Shown: positions 54,701-64,000 of the stretch, piece by piece
Numbering within the stretch: the first letter of the stretch is position 1
How the letters are laid out: each line of letters opens with the position of its first letter
Source: Antedon mediterranea
Lineage: Eukaryota; Animalia; Echinodermata
Direction of reading: 5' to 3'
DNA: 64,000 nt
Assembly: GCF_964355755.1 (NCBI RefSeq)
Contig: NC_092670.1
Span: 29,376,388 to 29,440,387 of the forward strand
The notes under the pieces: generated by a model
The model's input: only the letters and a program-made list of their open reading frames with translations
Databases searched by the model: none
What the model was told of the DNA's origin: nothing
Program-made: the position numbers and the translations under genes

Positions 54701-57700
54701 AAGGTTTTTTTGATGAAATGTGTTCTTTAGACCCTACTGAACACATTTATCAACGTTAGGACATTTTTCGACAACAGGAAGTAGCCTAATTTGCATAATT
54801 AAAAATGGCCGCCATTTTTAATAACGTACTCTGTATCTTGGAAACCGCTAGTCACAGATACTTAATTATGGTGTCAAAATTGTTAGAATATATGTTTTTA
54901 TATTCACTTTAATGAAAAAGTTTGTCCAAAAATGAATGGAAGTGCTATTTCTAACATTATTGACCTTTGACCTTGATTTATCATATCTCAGCAACCACTA
55001 ATCGGAGATATACAAATTAGGGCTTAAATTGTTCAGAAACTACACATTTATATCCAGTCTAATGGCATGTTTTTGCAAAAAATGGCGGATTCTAACATTA
55101 TTGACCTTTGACCTTGATTTATCATATCTTAGCAACCACTAATCTGAGAGACACACAATATGGCTCAAACTATTCAGAAACTACATATTTATATTTAGTC
55201 TAATGGCATGTTTTTGCAAAAAATGGCCGATTCTAACATTATTGACCTTTGAACTTTGCACTTCATAAAATCGCATAACTTTGAAAATATTGTACATATG
55301 AAATTATTTTTAGTGTCAAATTTTTCAGAACATACATGTTTCTATAGAGTCCAATGACACATTATGTCCAATAATGGCCTTTTGTATGGTTATTAACATT
55401 TGAACTATATTTGAAAATTCTTTAAACCCGGAATCTTCTTCATGTGGACATCCATTAGATAGCCAATTAATTAAACTAAACTAAATATGTTGCATTAATA
55501 TCGATCTTTTAAAATTCCAGTTGTCAACAATGCGTCTATTAGTAGAAAATGCCTTCTTAATAAGACTATGTTTCAACCTAAAAGAATGCCCTCAAGAGTG
55601 ATGCTATCCTTAGCAAAATATAAACTAAATAATCTTTAGAAATTTGTTTTTTTGAATATGCCATTTAATGGCAATTTAATTTGATCAAAAAATAAATTAC
55701 TAAATTGAAAAAAACGTTAATAAACCTGCAAAATGGCATGGCCTATTTAAAGTATGTACAATATATCATTAAAAAAAAATACATTTTTGTTGGCTCTGTT
55801 AATAGTGTCAACACCAACTTTCTCCTGAGTAAGATGTAAGACCGAATTAAAAATGTATTAATAATCCAAACCTATAATGTATGTATATATAGTCTAATAT
55901 TTTTTTTTTAAAGTGAATATTTTCAGTTTTTAAATTTAATTTAAATCAACTGGTTACATGCACTTTAAATTACCACCATATTCTAAACAAGTAGTGCCAA
56001 ATCACATGTTCTAATGAATGCCTACATGAAGATGATTCCGGGTTTAAAAATCCTTTTCAAATATAGTTCAAATGTTAATAACCATACAATAGGTCATTAT
56101 TGGACATAATGTGTCATTGGATTGTATAGAAACATATATGTTCTGAATAATTTGACACTAAAAATAATTTCATATGTACAATATTTTCAAAGTTATGCGA
56201 TTTTATGTAGTTCAAAGGTCAATAATGTTAGAATCGGCCATTTTTTGCAAAAACATGCCATTGGACTAAATATAAATATGTAGTTTTTGAATAGTTTGAG
56301 CCATATTGTGTGTCTCTCAGATTAGTGGTTGCTAAGATATGATAAATCAAGGTCAAAGGTCAATAATGTTAGAATCCGCCATTTTTTGCAAAAACATGCC
56401 ATTAGACTGGATATAAATGTGTAGTTTCTGAACAATTTAAGCCCTAATTTGTATATCTCCGATTAGTGGTTGCTGAGATATGATAAATCAAGGTCAAAGG
56501 TCAATAATGTTAGAAATAGCACTTCCATTCATTTTTGGACAAACTTTTTCATTAAAGTGAAAATAAAAACATATATTCTAACAATTTTGACACCATAATT
56601 AAGTATCTGTGACTAGCGGTTTCCAAGATACAGAGTACGTTATTAAAAATGGCGGCCATTTTTAATTATGCAAATTAGGCTACTTCCCGTTGTCGAAAAA
56701 TGTCCTAACGTTGATAAATGTGTTCAGTAGGGTCTAAAGAACACATTTCATCAAAAAAAACTTTTCTTGCAATTTGTGTGAGAAAAGGGTAATTTTTTAG
56801 CTAAATCCCATGGACTATTGGGGCAAAACGATTTATGACAGGGCTTTGTAGTTTAGGGTACATATGAATATTACACAAACCTTTTCACTAAGAATGGTAC
56901 TGGCCATTGTTTCAGCTTGGAGTATCAGCATAGCATTTGGTAATGGATTCAAGTCTTTCTTTGAAGGTATGACTGTATTACGTTGATTTGCTCTGAAATA
57001 CCAAAAACAAAATATTAACTAGGTTAATATTGTTCTGCATTAATGTAAGAGGTCTGAGCAATGTGGGACCTCAGTTCACACTGTTTGGGAGAGACATTGT
57101 GAGTTTGATATGGAAAGAAGGATTTAATACTGAACTTGTCAGGTTAACTCAATCTGAGGCATTACAATTCATCATCCGACTTGTACTGACTGGAGGACAT
57201 GTTGAAACATTGCATCTTTACATACCATCTGTACAACTTGCCCACATACAAAAATTATACTATGTATTATATATATAATTTATACATATACAACTATAAG
57301 AGAATCCTGATATTCTGGTTGATTCAACACATTGGTTGCCAGACTTTATTTTATTGTTCTGTCACGTATGAACAAGTTATTAAAAACAGAGGGTGCCACA
57401 AATATATGATTTTAATACTTTCTCCAACAAAACACAACAGAAATTATATTACACTATTGTGTGGGTGTATATTCTCAGTAATACCTGATGTATAAATGCA
57501 GGTTAACACACTTTTTAAGTGAAAACTGTTTTTTTACAAGTATTATCATTCCCCGCGCCCTTGAAAAAACCGATATCACTAGTAAACTTGTCTCTGACAG
57601 CCACTGTGTTAAAAGTAAAGGTGTAAATCCTACACAATGTACATTTTTCCGATATTTAATTTGGCAAAATTTAATTGTAGCTGACATGATTGAAATTTCA

Positions 57701-60700
57701 ACACATATGGAACAGCTAAACTGCATCATAATTACATAATATAATAATAAATAAAAATGTACCTTTCTTGAATATATTCATTTGACTGTGCTTCAGTAAT
57801 AACATCTAATTTAACACATTGACTTAAAAGATGATGCAAGCAATCACATCTACAGAAATAACACACAAATGTAAAAATAAACATTTTCAAATTAGCATAA
57901 CTTGTATTGTAAGTAATCTTAGAAAAAAAACTTACTTGCTTTTGGAATCAACTGTATCTAACAGAGTGTTTAACCACAAGAGTTCTTTAATGCCCTGTCC
58001 AAAAGCAGTACCAGATTTCAAACAGGAAAATATTTTAGGAAGCTGAAAAAGACATAAAGATTAAGAGAAAATCATGCCTTATTTTGTTTATTCAAATTGT
58101 GTACTTGTTCACTCAAATCATGTCCTTATTCGATGATAAAATTGTTTAATTATTCAGGGTACTGAAATTAGGTGCTTATTCAAGCTGTGTATTTATTTAG
58201 GGTATCCTTAAAATCAGGTCCTTATTTGATGTTACTGCTTATTTAAAACTTTTAATTATTCAGGGTCTTTATTGAAATCGGGTGCTTATTCAGGAGATTT
58301 ATTAAAATCTAGTGTTTATTTCATTGGAGTGCTTATTCAAGTTTAGGTACTTATTGAAACAAGTGCTTATACAATTGCTGTATTTATTCTGGTTGAGTAT
58401 TTATTCAAATCAAGTACTAATTTTATTGGGTTAGTATTTATTATTAAATACCTTAACAAATGTAAATGCATGCCATTTAAGTTCATCCGCACTGTCAATA
58501 TGATCAACAAGTCCTAGAAGAGCCGAGTGACATAACTCCTTTACAATTACATGCCTTTGAATATGCTAAATGGAAGAAAACAAAAAAATCATTATTTATA
58601 GGGTTTTTTTTCAATGTATTAAGGTAATCCTCAAAGTTAAATTGGCATTATTCTGAACTTTCATTAAAAAAAAAATCAATTTGAACATGATACAGTATAT
58701 TGTAAAAATACTTAAGAAATAATTTTAAATGTAAGCTCTTTACTTTCAAAGATTTCAATTTTGCGATCATTGCTACAAACTATATGTTCTGATAAAATTA
58801 ATTTCATTTAACTTCCTTGTCTTCTCAGATTTTGAAATTCGAAATAGTAAGTTTGAATTAAATATGATAATTATATTGTAATATCACCTGAACTTTCTCA
58901 ATTAAAAGCACTTGATCAACAAAGCATTGTACATCATTTGTAATATTGATAGCAGCCTCTAGATACGTAATCATATTAATAATAAAACTTGTTCCTTTAA
59001 CTTCAATTGAATTTGTCTGCAGTGTTGCTGTACTGGGTATTCGTATATGGGGAATCCTGAAAGAAAATAAAGACATTGCATAAATTGATTGAATCATTGA
59101 ATTATGTGAAAAAATAGAATAACAAGTTGTTTGTAAGCATTGTTAATGCAGCTGTAAATGTATAAGCAACTAAATATGTTATTTTAAACATATAGACTGA
59201 AGGAGGCCTACACTTTAATGTATAAGCATCTTAAGGCTTTTCATCACGCTATGAAAACTAGAAAAAAAACATATCTTGTTTCAAGCCAATTTCTTATTTG
59301 AAAACCTTAAGAGCAACCTAATAGCTAAATAAGAGTAAAGGAACTTAATATAAACAGGAAAAGTAAAATTACAATTTCACTCTTCCCTGATAATATAAAT
59401 AAGGTAATATATTTGCAATCCACTTCAATAATAAGGTATTTGAATATAAGTGCAACCCACTTAACTCAATAATTACAAAATATTTGAATAAGCGTTGGAT
59501 ATTATAATGGCCAAACTTGATGGAGGCAATCAAATTGGCAATTTTTATATTATGTAAGCCTCTAAAATTAAAAACATTTCTTCATTTTTGCGATAGTTGT
59601 GTACAAATAAAGCCTTATTACAGTTTATCAAAAATAACTCATACTTTACCTTACTATATCTTGCAATGATCTCAAAACTTTTTCTTTAAGCTCTTTTTTA
59701 ATGAATACTGGTGTTGGTAAACCACCCTCAGTCTCTGTGATGTTCAAACTTTCTTTTACCTTGATGCTAGCATTATGAATTAATTTCCAGGCTTCTATAT
59801 AAGAAGAATTTATTTTACTTATTTCATATAACAGGTCATTTAGTATTAGTTCTCCATGAATATACTTAATCATTCTATTAATTGTTTTAATCTGCAATCC
59901 CAATCGTTTACTTAGAACAGTAGATGTGTTTATTATATATAGAGGTAAATAATAAGTATAATAAGGTTGGGTGGTACGAATATTTCATGAACTGAAAAAT
60001 TTACTGCTCAGTGCAGTCAATTTCAACGAATACAAATGACTATAATTTTTATGTGTGTAAATTTTAAATATAATTTAAATATGTATAATTATGTTTGTAT
60101 GATGTAGTATGTTTAAGCGGATATTAGCCCTTGATGGCATTTGCAGCAATAAAGAGATTGAATTGAATTATTAGTTTTATAACACATCCATTGTAAATCG
60201 TTGAATGTGGATGTGAAGTCTTTAATACAAAAAGCTAAACGTGAATTAGAGCGCATTAATTATCACCAATAGATATCAGTTTTCTGTTAGATAGAGCTAA
60301 TAATGAATACGAATGGTGCGTAATTAACCAATTAAATTTCAAGGATATATGCAGGTGTGCTATAAAAATAAATGATGAATATTTTGAATAGAGAATATTT
60401 GATTAGACTTATTAATATTTTATACAGGTTAGTTAGTTTGTAAATAGCAGGTGTTATTTGTTGTTGATAAAGTGGCCTTTATGCTCTTGGATCTTCCTAC
60501 AGTAGGAACTACTATTTACCTGTCTTGTTTTGTATTGTTTTCCTTTATAAATAATAATAATAACTCAGCAACCAAACTAACCTTCATCTTCCATTTTTCC
60601 TATGAAGAGCAGAAGCTTAGACAAGCTGGTGAGGCAGACAACCTTCATGAGTCTCTCCACTATCATATCTAGCATATGTGTGATCATCACATCTGGCTTG

Positions 60701-63651
60701 CTACTGGTGTCTTTGATCTTCTCAATGCAATATTTCATACTGTCCAGAATCCATAAAACTACTTTCATGTAAGATTTAACCAGCTGCAAGCAGTCATCCA
60801 TAATACAATGACCACTTTGAAAGTAAGATATATTGATAAATAGTAAGATATATTGATAAATAGTACGATATATTGATAAATAGTACGATATATTGATAAA
60901 TAGTACGATATATTGATAAATAGTACGATATATTGATAAATAGTACGATATATTGATAAATAGTACGATATATTGATAAATAGTACGATATATTGATAAA
61001 TAGTACGATATATTGATAAATAGTAAATAATATGATATAAACTACTGTAGAACCTCTATTCGGGACATCATAGGGGACTTTTAAATTTGAGTGAAGTTCT
61101 CGTCCACACGGGTCGTAGTCGATTGGTACTCGTCAGTTGGTCAGGCCTAGAGCAGTAACCTACACCAGCTAGGTCTGGTTTTAGAGGGCCAGTACAATAT
61201 CTATATATTAATACTACAACATTTTTCGCGTATTTTACGTATCTCCTTCAAAACCACTGAACAGTACATGCTCACATTTGGCACACTGATGTTTATTGAT
61301 GGGCCGCACATGATAGGCTACGTCACTTTCCTGAATTTTAGGGATAAACACTTAAAAAAGGCAAAGAATAGCAGTAACTTGACGTGTCAGTGACCATGTT
61401 ACATCACTGTATAAACTACGCAACCTCCTCTGTTGTGTACCGCCATGGCCAGATCTACAAATACCATGCCGGGCCACCAAAAAACAGAGTCTTTAGTCAA
61501 CTGTATCAACTTATTGCGTCGTTGAAGTTTTAATTAATTACACCTATCTTAGGAACAGAATGTATTTTGTAAATCACGGTTTGGCTCAGTAAGTAAAACG
61601 CTGTGGCCTTTGAAATTAATGCTTAGTAGGTTTGAGTTCAAATCCACAATATGTGTAAATAATAAGTATCAACGCTTAAAACCAAAAATCTAAACCTCCA
61701 TGTAATTACAAAAGTAGCAAAAAAGATACCAAATCTCATGCAAAAAAATAGCAATAAATAAAAAACCATTGAAATAACAAAAAAAAAGTAAATGAAAAAA
61801 AAAATATGTGTGTTTCCACAAGATATCAGATATAAAATTTTGTGTCCGAGCGCATCATCAAATTTCGAGTAGTGTTTGCACTTTTTCCATGGATTTTGAA
61901 GTCCGTTCTATTATTCGAATACTGTTCACATCTTAAAATTCTATAGCTGACTGATTAACAGACTTCAACGTGCATCTCTCATGCATGTTGTCACTTTCTG
62001 ATGCGCACACTAGAATAATATTTACACAGCACAAAGTCCCATATCCAGTATTGCGCTTTTATCATCCCATCCTATTTATTATTATGGCAGAAAATTAAGT
62101 AATTAAATTTGTGGTATAGCAATAACCCGTGCACGGAGCACGGGTTATTGCAAGGTATACTGCTAGTAAATAATGTCATAAATGTATCTTTGCACTTTCC
62201 TTATACATCCAGTCACATTGTATAGTTGTTTATTTCTGAATATTAAGAAGTTCAGGAACTAATATTGACACCTTGGACTCGATGGACGCGAGAAAAAAAA
62301 GTTGATACTGTAGATGACGTCATATCAATTTACTGTAGACAACCATAATAATTGCACTCGCTCTTAAAGTAATAATGACTTATCTATTCCGCTATGGAAT
62401 AACTCTCAGGGTAAAAGAACTTTTGTTTATAGATCAACTAAACTATGGAATTCTCTACCAAATAACATAAAATCAGAACTCCATAATATGTCTTTGGCAA
62501 CTTTTAAATCTTCACTATAGAAAACATATATGTATTAACCTTTTTGCCTTCACAATTGTAAATAGTTTTATATCTGTTTTCTTTCTTTTTGTTTTTCTTT
62601 TATATTTTATTTTTGTTGTAAATATGTTTACTGAACCACTTTGGAAATCAGTACATTTGTATTGAAAGTGTATTTCAGTTTAAAGAAAGAACAAATAAAT
62701 AAATAAATAAATATGAATCATGTCGTTGATTAGCCAGAATCCAAAATTACTGCACAGTATTTTGACAAAATAGAATCTGTTTCTATTCTGACCTGATTTC
62801 CGATTTTACATATTTATATGACTTGTTTTTCTGTGACATTTATGTATTTTATCTTTTTTAGCTTTTTATACTTTAATCTTCAGTGTGAACTAGATACTTA
62901 CCCAAGTTTACTAACACAAATAAACAAAATGTCAAGCAGGCCTTTCATGCAGTATGGTCTTTGAATACAGATATCTTCATATGTAACCATACTGTTAAAA
63001 ACTGCTGTACAGGACACTATCTGTTTAAATTAAATGTAGGAAAAATATATCTAAAACTATCAATGTACTTGTCTACATGTTCAATAAACATTAGAAAATT
63101 AGAGGTTCTTGAGTGGAAAATTTACTATGTGTTATCACAGTATTAATATATCAACAAATATTTTTGATCAGTTGAATGATGACTGCACTTCATGAATACA
63201 GAAACATGATAAAACATGCAATTGATAACTCTAAAAAAGACAACCATCATGTGAAAAAAGTTGCATCTATGTAACTATACGTCTATAAAGGGGAATCCCA
63301 ACCAAAATAAGAGTTTTAGCAAAAAAAAGCAAATAATTCAGTATAAATTATAATACATGGTGTCTGGGAGTAATACCAAGGGACAAGCAAATTAAATAAA
63401 TCTAATAAAAAAAGCTGTACCTGACATGAAATGGCATGCTCTAGGTATGACAGTATCAAAGAGTTGGGAGTTGGTCCAACAAATATTTGATTCAACAGAA
63501 TATCAGCAAGGTTGAATAAATCTCCGGACACTCCTTGAGGAATGATTTTCTTTATTTCGATACTCCATTGGACTTCTGACCATCTTTCCCTCCAGGCCTT
63601 CATGATCTGCTGTTGTAATAATTCACTCTTGTATCTTGTCTGAACATCCAT
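13510..63651 (-). CDS. MED24: Mediator of RNA polymerase II transcription subunit 24, 21 coding exons, about 1001 aa
   Basis: Exons (minus): 63421-63651, 62902-63020, 60582-60814, 59650-59794, 58888-59056, 58452-58565, 57936-58042, 57763-57849, 56881-56992, 54235-54380, 53516-53636, 29077-29237, 25229-25328, 24308-24486, 23320-23597, 20018-20209, 17912-17979, 15730-15823, 15066-15140, 14371-14516, 13510-13638. Sum is 3006 nt, all introns GT-AG, phases consistent. Peptides are colinear with vertebrate MED24 as recalled ([60 protein letters not shown]). Confidence 0.95.
14371..14516 (-). CDS. MED24: MED24 exon 20
   Basis: [34 protein letters not shown]. Confidence 0.92.
14796..14928. repeat. 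Hairpin MITE-like inverted repeat, about 50-bp arms
   Basis: agagaaatagtattaatttgtcaaaaccaaattgtgtactcacgattaata and its reverse complement. Confidence 0.8.
15066..15140 (-). CDS. MED24: MED24 exon 19
   Basis: [24 protein letters not shown]; tag/gtatg. Confidence 0.85.
15730..15823 (-). CDS. MED24: MED24 exon 18
   Basis: [31 protein letters not shown]; tag/gtgag. Confidence 0.9.
15973..17859. mobile_element. Tc1/pogo-type MITE (TA TSD), split by the Kolobok-like insertion
   Basis: ta|ctgtatttattcaaataaacgcc ... tttactcaattaaatacgg|ta with internal aaataaacgcc-like repeats. Confidence 0.55.
16147..17731. mobile_element. Non-autonomous Kolobok-like DNA transposon
   Basis: TTAA TSD on both sides; termini aggggggttccgggtttaaaa / ttttaaacccagaatccccct. 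Confidence 0.8.
17912..17979 (-). CDS. MED24: MED24 exon 17
   Basis: [22 protein letters not shown] (basic, NLS-like); phases fit neighbours. Confidence 0.8.
18247..19785. mobile_element. Non-autonomous DNA transposon, Sola-like (4-bp TSD)
   Basis: 26-bp perfect TIR gggcaatttcacagtaacctaggccg; TSD ttat; internal motif tccactccgacac x4. Confidence 0.8.
20018..20209 (-). CDS. MED24: MED24 exon 16
   Basis: [27 protein letters not shown]. Confidence 0.9.
20657..20850 (+). mobile_element. tRNA-derived SINE with CORE-like segment
   Basis: A box tggctcagtgtg, B box ggtttgaatcc, then tccttaggcaagaca..ggtgtacaaatgggtacc. Confidence 0.7.
20918..23190 (+). mobile_element. tRNA-derived SINE copy 1 (interrupted by the hAT element)
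   Basis: gatagctgagtggttag..ggttcaattccc..gtccactcagctgtaaatgagtacctg..A-rich tail resumes at 23148. Confidence 0.7.
21126..23142. mobile_element. Non-autonomous hAT (hAT5-like, 5-bp TSD) element
   Basis: gtaat|caggcccgtatccag ... ctgcatacgggcctg|gtaat; GC-rich subterminal motifs; internal duplication of about 140 bp (about 21598 and 21925); the empty site is visible in SINE copy 2 (atgtaatatggg, near 24112). Confidence 0.88.
23320..23597 (-). CDS. MED24: MED24 exon 15
   Basis: [34 protein letters not shown]. Confidence 0.88.
23832..24160 (+). mobile_element. tRNA-derived SINE copy 2 (with a short insert of about 75 bp)
   Basis: Near-identical to copy 1, including flanks. Confidence 0.7.
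24308..24486 (-). CDS. MED24: MED24 exon 14
   Basis: [33 protein letters not shown]. Confidence 0.93.
24549..24685. mobile_element. PIF/Harbinger-type MITE
   Basis: taa|agctttgtctaca ... tgtagacagagct|taa. Confidence 0.7.
25229..25328 (-). CDS. MED24: MED24 exon 13
   Basis: [33 protein letters not shown]. Confidence 0.93.
25721..26765 (-). mobile_element. Inverted 3' portion (pseudo-LTR) of a Penelope-like element: GIY-YIG C-terminus, hammerhead, triplicated tail
   Basis: [35 protein letters not shown]; mirrors 28716-29042; a unit of about 125 bp occurs 3 times between (TA)n runs. Confidence 0.85.
26285..26326 (-). ncRNA. Minimal type-I hammerhead ribozyme (Penelope type)
   Basis: Minus strand: ttgca CUGAUGA a gggc tagtgtt gccc GAAA gc UC tgctaa; palindromic loop-less stem III. 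Confidence 0.8.
26763..27207. mobile_element. (TA)n-embedded inverted-repeat element with a tRNA-like cloverleaf (26885-26956, minus)
   Basis: Arms of about 170 bp (26766-26934 and 27041-27207); cloverleaf with TGT anticodon followed by T6. Confidence 0.75.
27254..27786 (+). mobile_element. (TA)n-embedded partial-tandem element with a tRNA-like cloverleaf (27561-27632)
   Basis: 27256-27377 repeats 27621-27743; cloverleaf with ATC anticodon followed by T5; (TA)n on all sides. Confidence 0.75.
27787..29045 (+). mobile_element. Penelope-like retroelement, decayed RT with internal deletion, 3' pLTR
   Basis: [70 protein letters not shown], then a jump to the 3' region. Confidence 0.92.
28942..28984 (+). 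ncRNA. Hammerhead ribozyme, second copy (one extra C before the core)
   Basis: ttgcac CTGATGA agggctagtgttgccc GAAA gctc tgctaa. Confidence 0.7.
29077..29237 (-). CDS. MED24: MED24 exon 12
   Basis: [36 protein letters not shown]. Confidence 0.92.
29404..29684 (+). repeat. 5' LTR of element A
   Basis: Direct repeat of 52273-52563 with a few substitutions and indels. Confidence 0.93.
29686..29699 (+). promoter_or_regulatory. Primer binding site, tRNA-Ser-like
   Basis: tggcgctgtgagca is complementary to the 3' end of animal tRNA-Ser(CGA) as recalled. Confidence 0.75.
30590..32275 (+). pseudogene. Element A gag (frameshifted, with stops)
   Basis: Ser/Arg-rich region, [12 protein letters not shown] capsid-like motif, [10 protein letters not shown] zinc knuckle. 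Confidence 0.75.
32400..36065 (+). pseudogene. Element A pol (protease, RT, RNase H, integrase), disrupted
   Basis: VVDTAA at 32450; [24 protein letters not shown]; LDVDAS..ELLA..TDH..NADALS; [23 protein letters not shown]. Confidence 0.95.
36110..36474 (+). pseudogene. Element A ORF3, N-terminal part (C2H2-like finger)
   Basis: MEEDVLL..(one stop)..[30 protein letters not shown]; continues in frame at 50825 across the Academ TSD. Confidence 0.65.
37190..37712. repeat. Tandem array of about 70-bp units in the left arm of B (mirrored at about 42625-43135)
   Basis: gaaattacctgccatcaatatgatggattatgattatagattt..gaacacgtcagctacatt, about 7-8 copies. Confidence 0.9.
38100..38925 (+). pseudogene. 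Academ transposase remnant, XPG-like nuclease region
   Basis: [63 protein letters not shown]. Confidence 0.75.
38623..38677. mobile_element. 55-bp micro-MITE (CAGGGAAGAGTTAAATTAC TIR)
   Basis: 8-bp TSD ctcatatc on both sides; interrupts the GCDTTSY-LSG coding remnant. Confidence 0.88.
40513..41700 (+). CDS. Intact Gag, 395 aa, with SCAN-like capsid domain and CCHC knuckle
   Basis: [52 protein letters not shown]; [14 protein letters not shown]. Confidence 0.9.
   Translation: MTTLRSGKNIDKTMSDKDTREDMVDQEEVDQVNEIYDNMARDINLPEIPGGMPKDMMLEYFRMKFEAENKKLEYQQDIELRKIESQERVKMMELENRSSYSNARNIVDEMKVKVPTLKESDDIDIYFRTFEHLAEATGWDKNTWSARLAPELSGKARTAYASLTVKECVDYDTLKKAILEKYDVSAETYRFKFRNSNRVKDMSIREWLNELSHYLKCWMKCANVKEDDAAGIIEMIIMEQALDKMPEDLRLYLRDKQVNKSYDMAMIADDYIANRGGRGYWNAVNSENKPTYYKGQENSKPKNSTTQNNPGARQQGYNRYRGRGGKFHNYGRNFQQREPSNEWINGLCFNCKKKGHKIGDCPKMVAKEKTSDTKKGPNVKDGLRCEEIKPNRWGG
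41681..41995 (+). pseudogene. RNase H C-terminal fragment, ending at a stop just before the PPT
   Basis: [38 protein letters not shown]-stop. Confidence 0.88.
43255..43710 (+). CDS. LINE D ORF1 C-terminal part (L1-type RRM/CTD)
   Basis: [39 protein letters not shown]. Confidence 0.8.
   Translation: MDKIDDLEQYSRRNCLLLHGMPESPREDTDELAINLIGSKITDSIELSDLDRTYRLGKRKLDATKSKPRPIIIKFTSYRSRSEVFKNKKMLKKSGFTITENLTSKRLNLLHKTSNNEAVEAAWSIDGRITCILKRNKKKMVIKSESDLRCI
44517..47609 (+). CDS. LINE D ORF2: APE endonuclease and reverse transcriptase, 1030 aa, uninterrupted
   Basis: GVSETW, YRPP, GDFNID, LDNI, SDH; NYRPIS, DLSKAFD, GVPQGS.LGP, YADD. Confidence 0.95.
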   Translation: MMYNLNADDGTSYHDRLSNINFFPLPSYSDNRNINRNLGNSTSNIDPDSNFFTNSNHSPSQYYDPNEFPVDSLSDCFSTIHFNSRSILKHIDEIKQLLSSINLPFDIIGVSETWLKYDNPLVQLPNYNFVSNHRTHKDGGGVAMYILDTLQFSIRSDLHPHPSNCESIFIEIKRPHHKNIIVGTVYRPPSSDPNQFLIELDIVLSNLTKENKNVYILGDFNIDILKHESDNTARQFINTLFSNHYLPLIDRPSRITNSTASLLDNIITNQFDCSHISGLLYSDISDHLPVFNISNLSDNFATSSNNEEIPSLRQINNTSLNNFYHDVSNQTWFDILNSNDPDFAYDLFDNTLKALYDQHFPLLKRNNTNKNKKIKSWMSNGLLKSIKYKHKLYAKFLHRPSPANEIKYKRYRNKLNSTIKIAKRIHFHDIFTKQKNDIKATWKSINSLLNHKNRNQHKGNTPVNCNGVPTKDPVIISKAFNDFFVEIGPSLANKIPPSNVSFKEFLPQPNPKSMFLTPVLEEDIIRIISSSDNNKAPGTDDFHTKAIKHVINLISLPLCHIFNLVLCKGVFPNRLKLARVTPVYKSGPKSNLSNYRPISILSIFSKALERIIYDRTFSFISKHNILFKRQYGFRKGHNTSMALIDLTNKIIHAFENRQFGIGLFIDLSKAFDTIDHNILLFKLSHYGIRGPALNVFKSYLTNRSQCTKYFNSISNFCPITCGVPQGSLLGPLLFTFYINDIHRTSNLLNFFLYADDTTVFHANKNIQTLFDTFNTNVIPLSQYFIANKLSLNHNKCSYILFGTPQLTRGIDVSPFKVVIDNQEIPSVKYNKFLGIIIDNSLSWKPHIQEIENKVSKNLGIISRLSSFLPTYILRTLYCTLILPYLSYGNIVWANTYPSNIIKLSILQKKAIRTISGAHPLSHSSHLFSKLNLLKLSDINLSQQGVFVFLATHSLLPCHLNDLFAPNNTVHKYYTRTRNNIYIPNHNTNYFQHSIRYSGPLLFNNLPPSISCAANRYSFNNNIKNYLLSHY
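48019..50231 (+). mobile_element. 5'-truncated L2-clade LINE E with an open RT frame (48020-50155)
   Basis: [33 protein letters not shown]; (ATT)n tail; TSD aaaatat at 48012-48018 and 50232-50238. Confidence 0.93.
50824..51999 (+). pseudogene. Element A ORF3, C-terminal part: TatD-like nuclease fold
   Basis: HPSALIHWR; [40 protein letters not shown], final N..LL, in TatD motif order; one frameshift and two TGA stops. Confidence 0.75.
52273..52563 (+). repeat. 3' LTR of element A
   Basis: Follows purine tract; ends tcacaaca. Confidence 0.93.
53516..53636 (-). CDS. MED24: MED24 exon 11
   Basis: [40 protein letters not shown]. Confidence 0.95.
54235..54380 (-). CDS. MED24: MED24 exon 10
   Basis: [48 protein letters not shown]. 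Confidence 0.93.
54657..56817. mobile_element. Non-autonomous Academ-like palindromic element, arms of about 790 bp
   Basis: ttg|TAGTCAATGGGATTTAG ... CTAAATCCCATGGACTA|ttg (3-bp TSD); subterminal sequence clearly homologous to the arms of B. Confidence 0.88.
56881..56992 (-). CDS. MED24: MED24 exon 9
   Basis: [25 protein letters not shown]. Confidence 0.88.
57763..57849 (-). CDS. MED24: MED24 exon 8
   Basis: [28 protein letters not shown]. Confidence 0.9.
57936..58042 (-). CDS. MED24: MED24 exon 7
   Basis: [21 protein letters not shown]; cag/gtaag. Confidence 0.9.
58452..58565 (-). CDS. MED24: MED24 exon 6
   Basis: [38 protein letters not shown]. Confidence 0.93.
58888..59056 (-). CDS. 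MED24: MED24 exon 5
   Basis: [31 protein letters not shown]; cag/gtgat. Confidence 0.9.
59650..59794 (-). CDS. MED24: MED24 exon 4
   Basis: [17 protein letters not shown]; tag/gtaaag. Confidence 0.85.
60582..60814 (-). CDS. MED24: MED24 exon 3
   Basis: [24 protein letters not shown]; aag/gttagt. Confidence 0.9.
60822..61025. repeat. 20-bp minisatellite x10
   Basis: agta(c/a)gatatattgataaat in tandem. Confidence 0.97.
61200..62166 (+). mobile_element. Non-autonomous Helitron
   Basis: a|TCtatatatta ... hairpin aataacccgtgc-acgga-gcacgggttatt ... CTAG|t; no TSD. Confidence 0.8.
62340..62712 (+). mobile_element. Decayed CR1/L2-group LINE 3' end
   Basis: [17 protein letters not shown]-like remnant, T-rich UTR, (AAAT)n tail. 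Confidence 0.65.
62902..63020 (-). CDS. MED24: MED24 exon 2
   Basis: [39 protein letters not shown]; cag/gtaagt. Confidence 0.85.
63421..63651 (-). CDS. MED24: MED24 coding exon 1
   Basis: [36 protein letters not shown] followed by GTACAG donor; a possible AG acceptor about 10 nt upstream of the ATG suggests a non-coding exon further 5'. Confidence 0.95.
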
Positions 63652-64000
63652 TGCAAATAATCTTTAAAATTAATGTGTACAGAGAAATCAGATGAGTGTT
63701 CTGTTATGGCCTAAATAGAGCCTCATGGAAGTCATGTGTAACTTGCAGTTAGAAAACAAACATATTGTGATTGGTCCATACGAAAAAGATAGTATATAAA
63801 AAACAATTCCTCTCTAAAATGGTGAGTAAAGAACATAGTGAGCAGACAGCAAATCAACCCTCAATAAGAACTGCCAGTGAGTAAAGAAAAAATTAATTAA
63901 TCAAACCCAAAACCCTCAGAGATACTTTCCACATAATCAATACGGTAAACCATCCAGAATCACACAAGTCAATGTAATTAATAAGTCGATTATCCCAAAA

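Overview
AT-rich eukaryotic (animal) genomic DNA, probably from a marine invertebrate deuterostome (inference), not prokaryotic. The minus strand carries a complete Mediator subunit 24 gene (MED24). I traced 21 coding exons by hand from 63651 to 13510, all with GT-AG junctions and consistent phases, giving about 1001 aa. A single-exon divergent class-A GPCR lies at 7478-8401 (+), with a decayed paralog fragment near 2 kb. Most of the rest is transposon-derived. MED24 intron 11 (24.3 kb) is a nested stack. A Gypsy LTR retrotransposon (29404-52563) is split by an Academ-type fold-back DNA transposon (36475-50823). That element's right arm holds a Gag-only Gmr1-like LTR element and two LINEs, and its centre holds a 55-bp micro-MITE. 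The most unusual item is a third ORF in the Gypsy element, after integrase: a C2H2-like finger plus a TatD-like nuclease fold with nearly all metal ligands replaced. Intron 12 holds a Penelope-like element with hammerhead ribozymes and two tRNA-cloverleaf elements embedded in (TA)n. All family calls are by eye from motifs, termini and TSDs; no searches were run.
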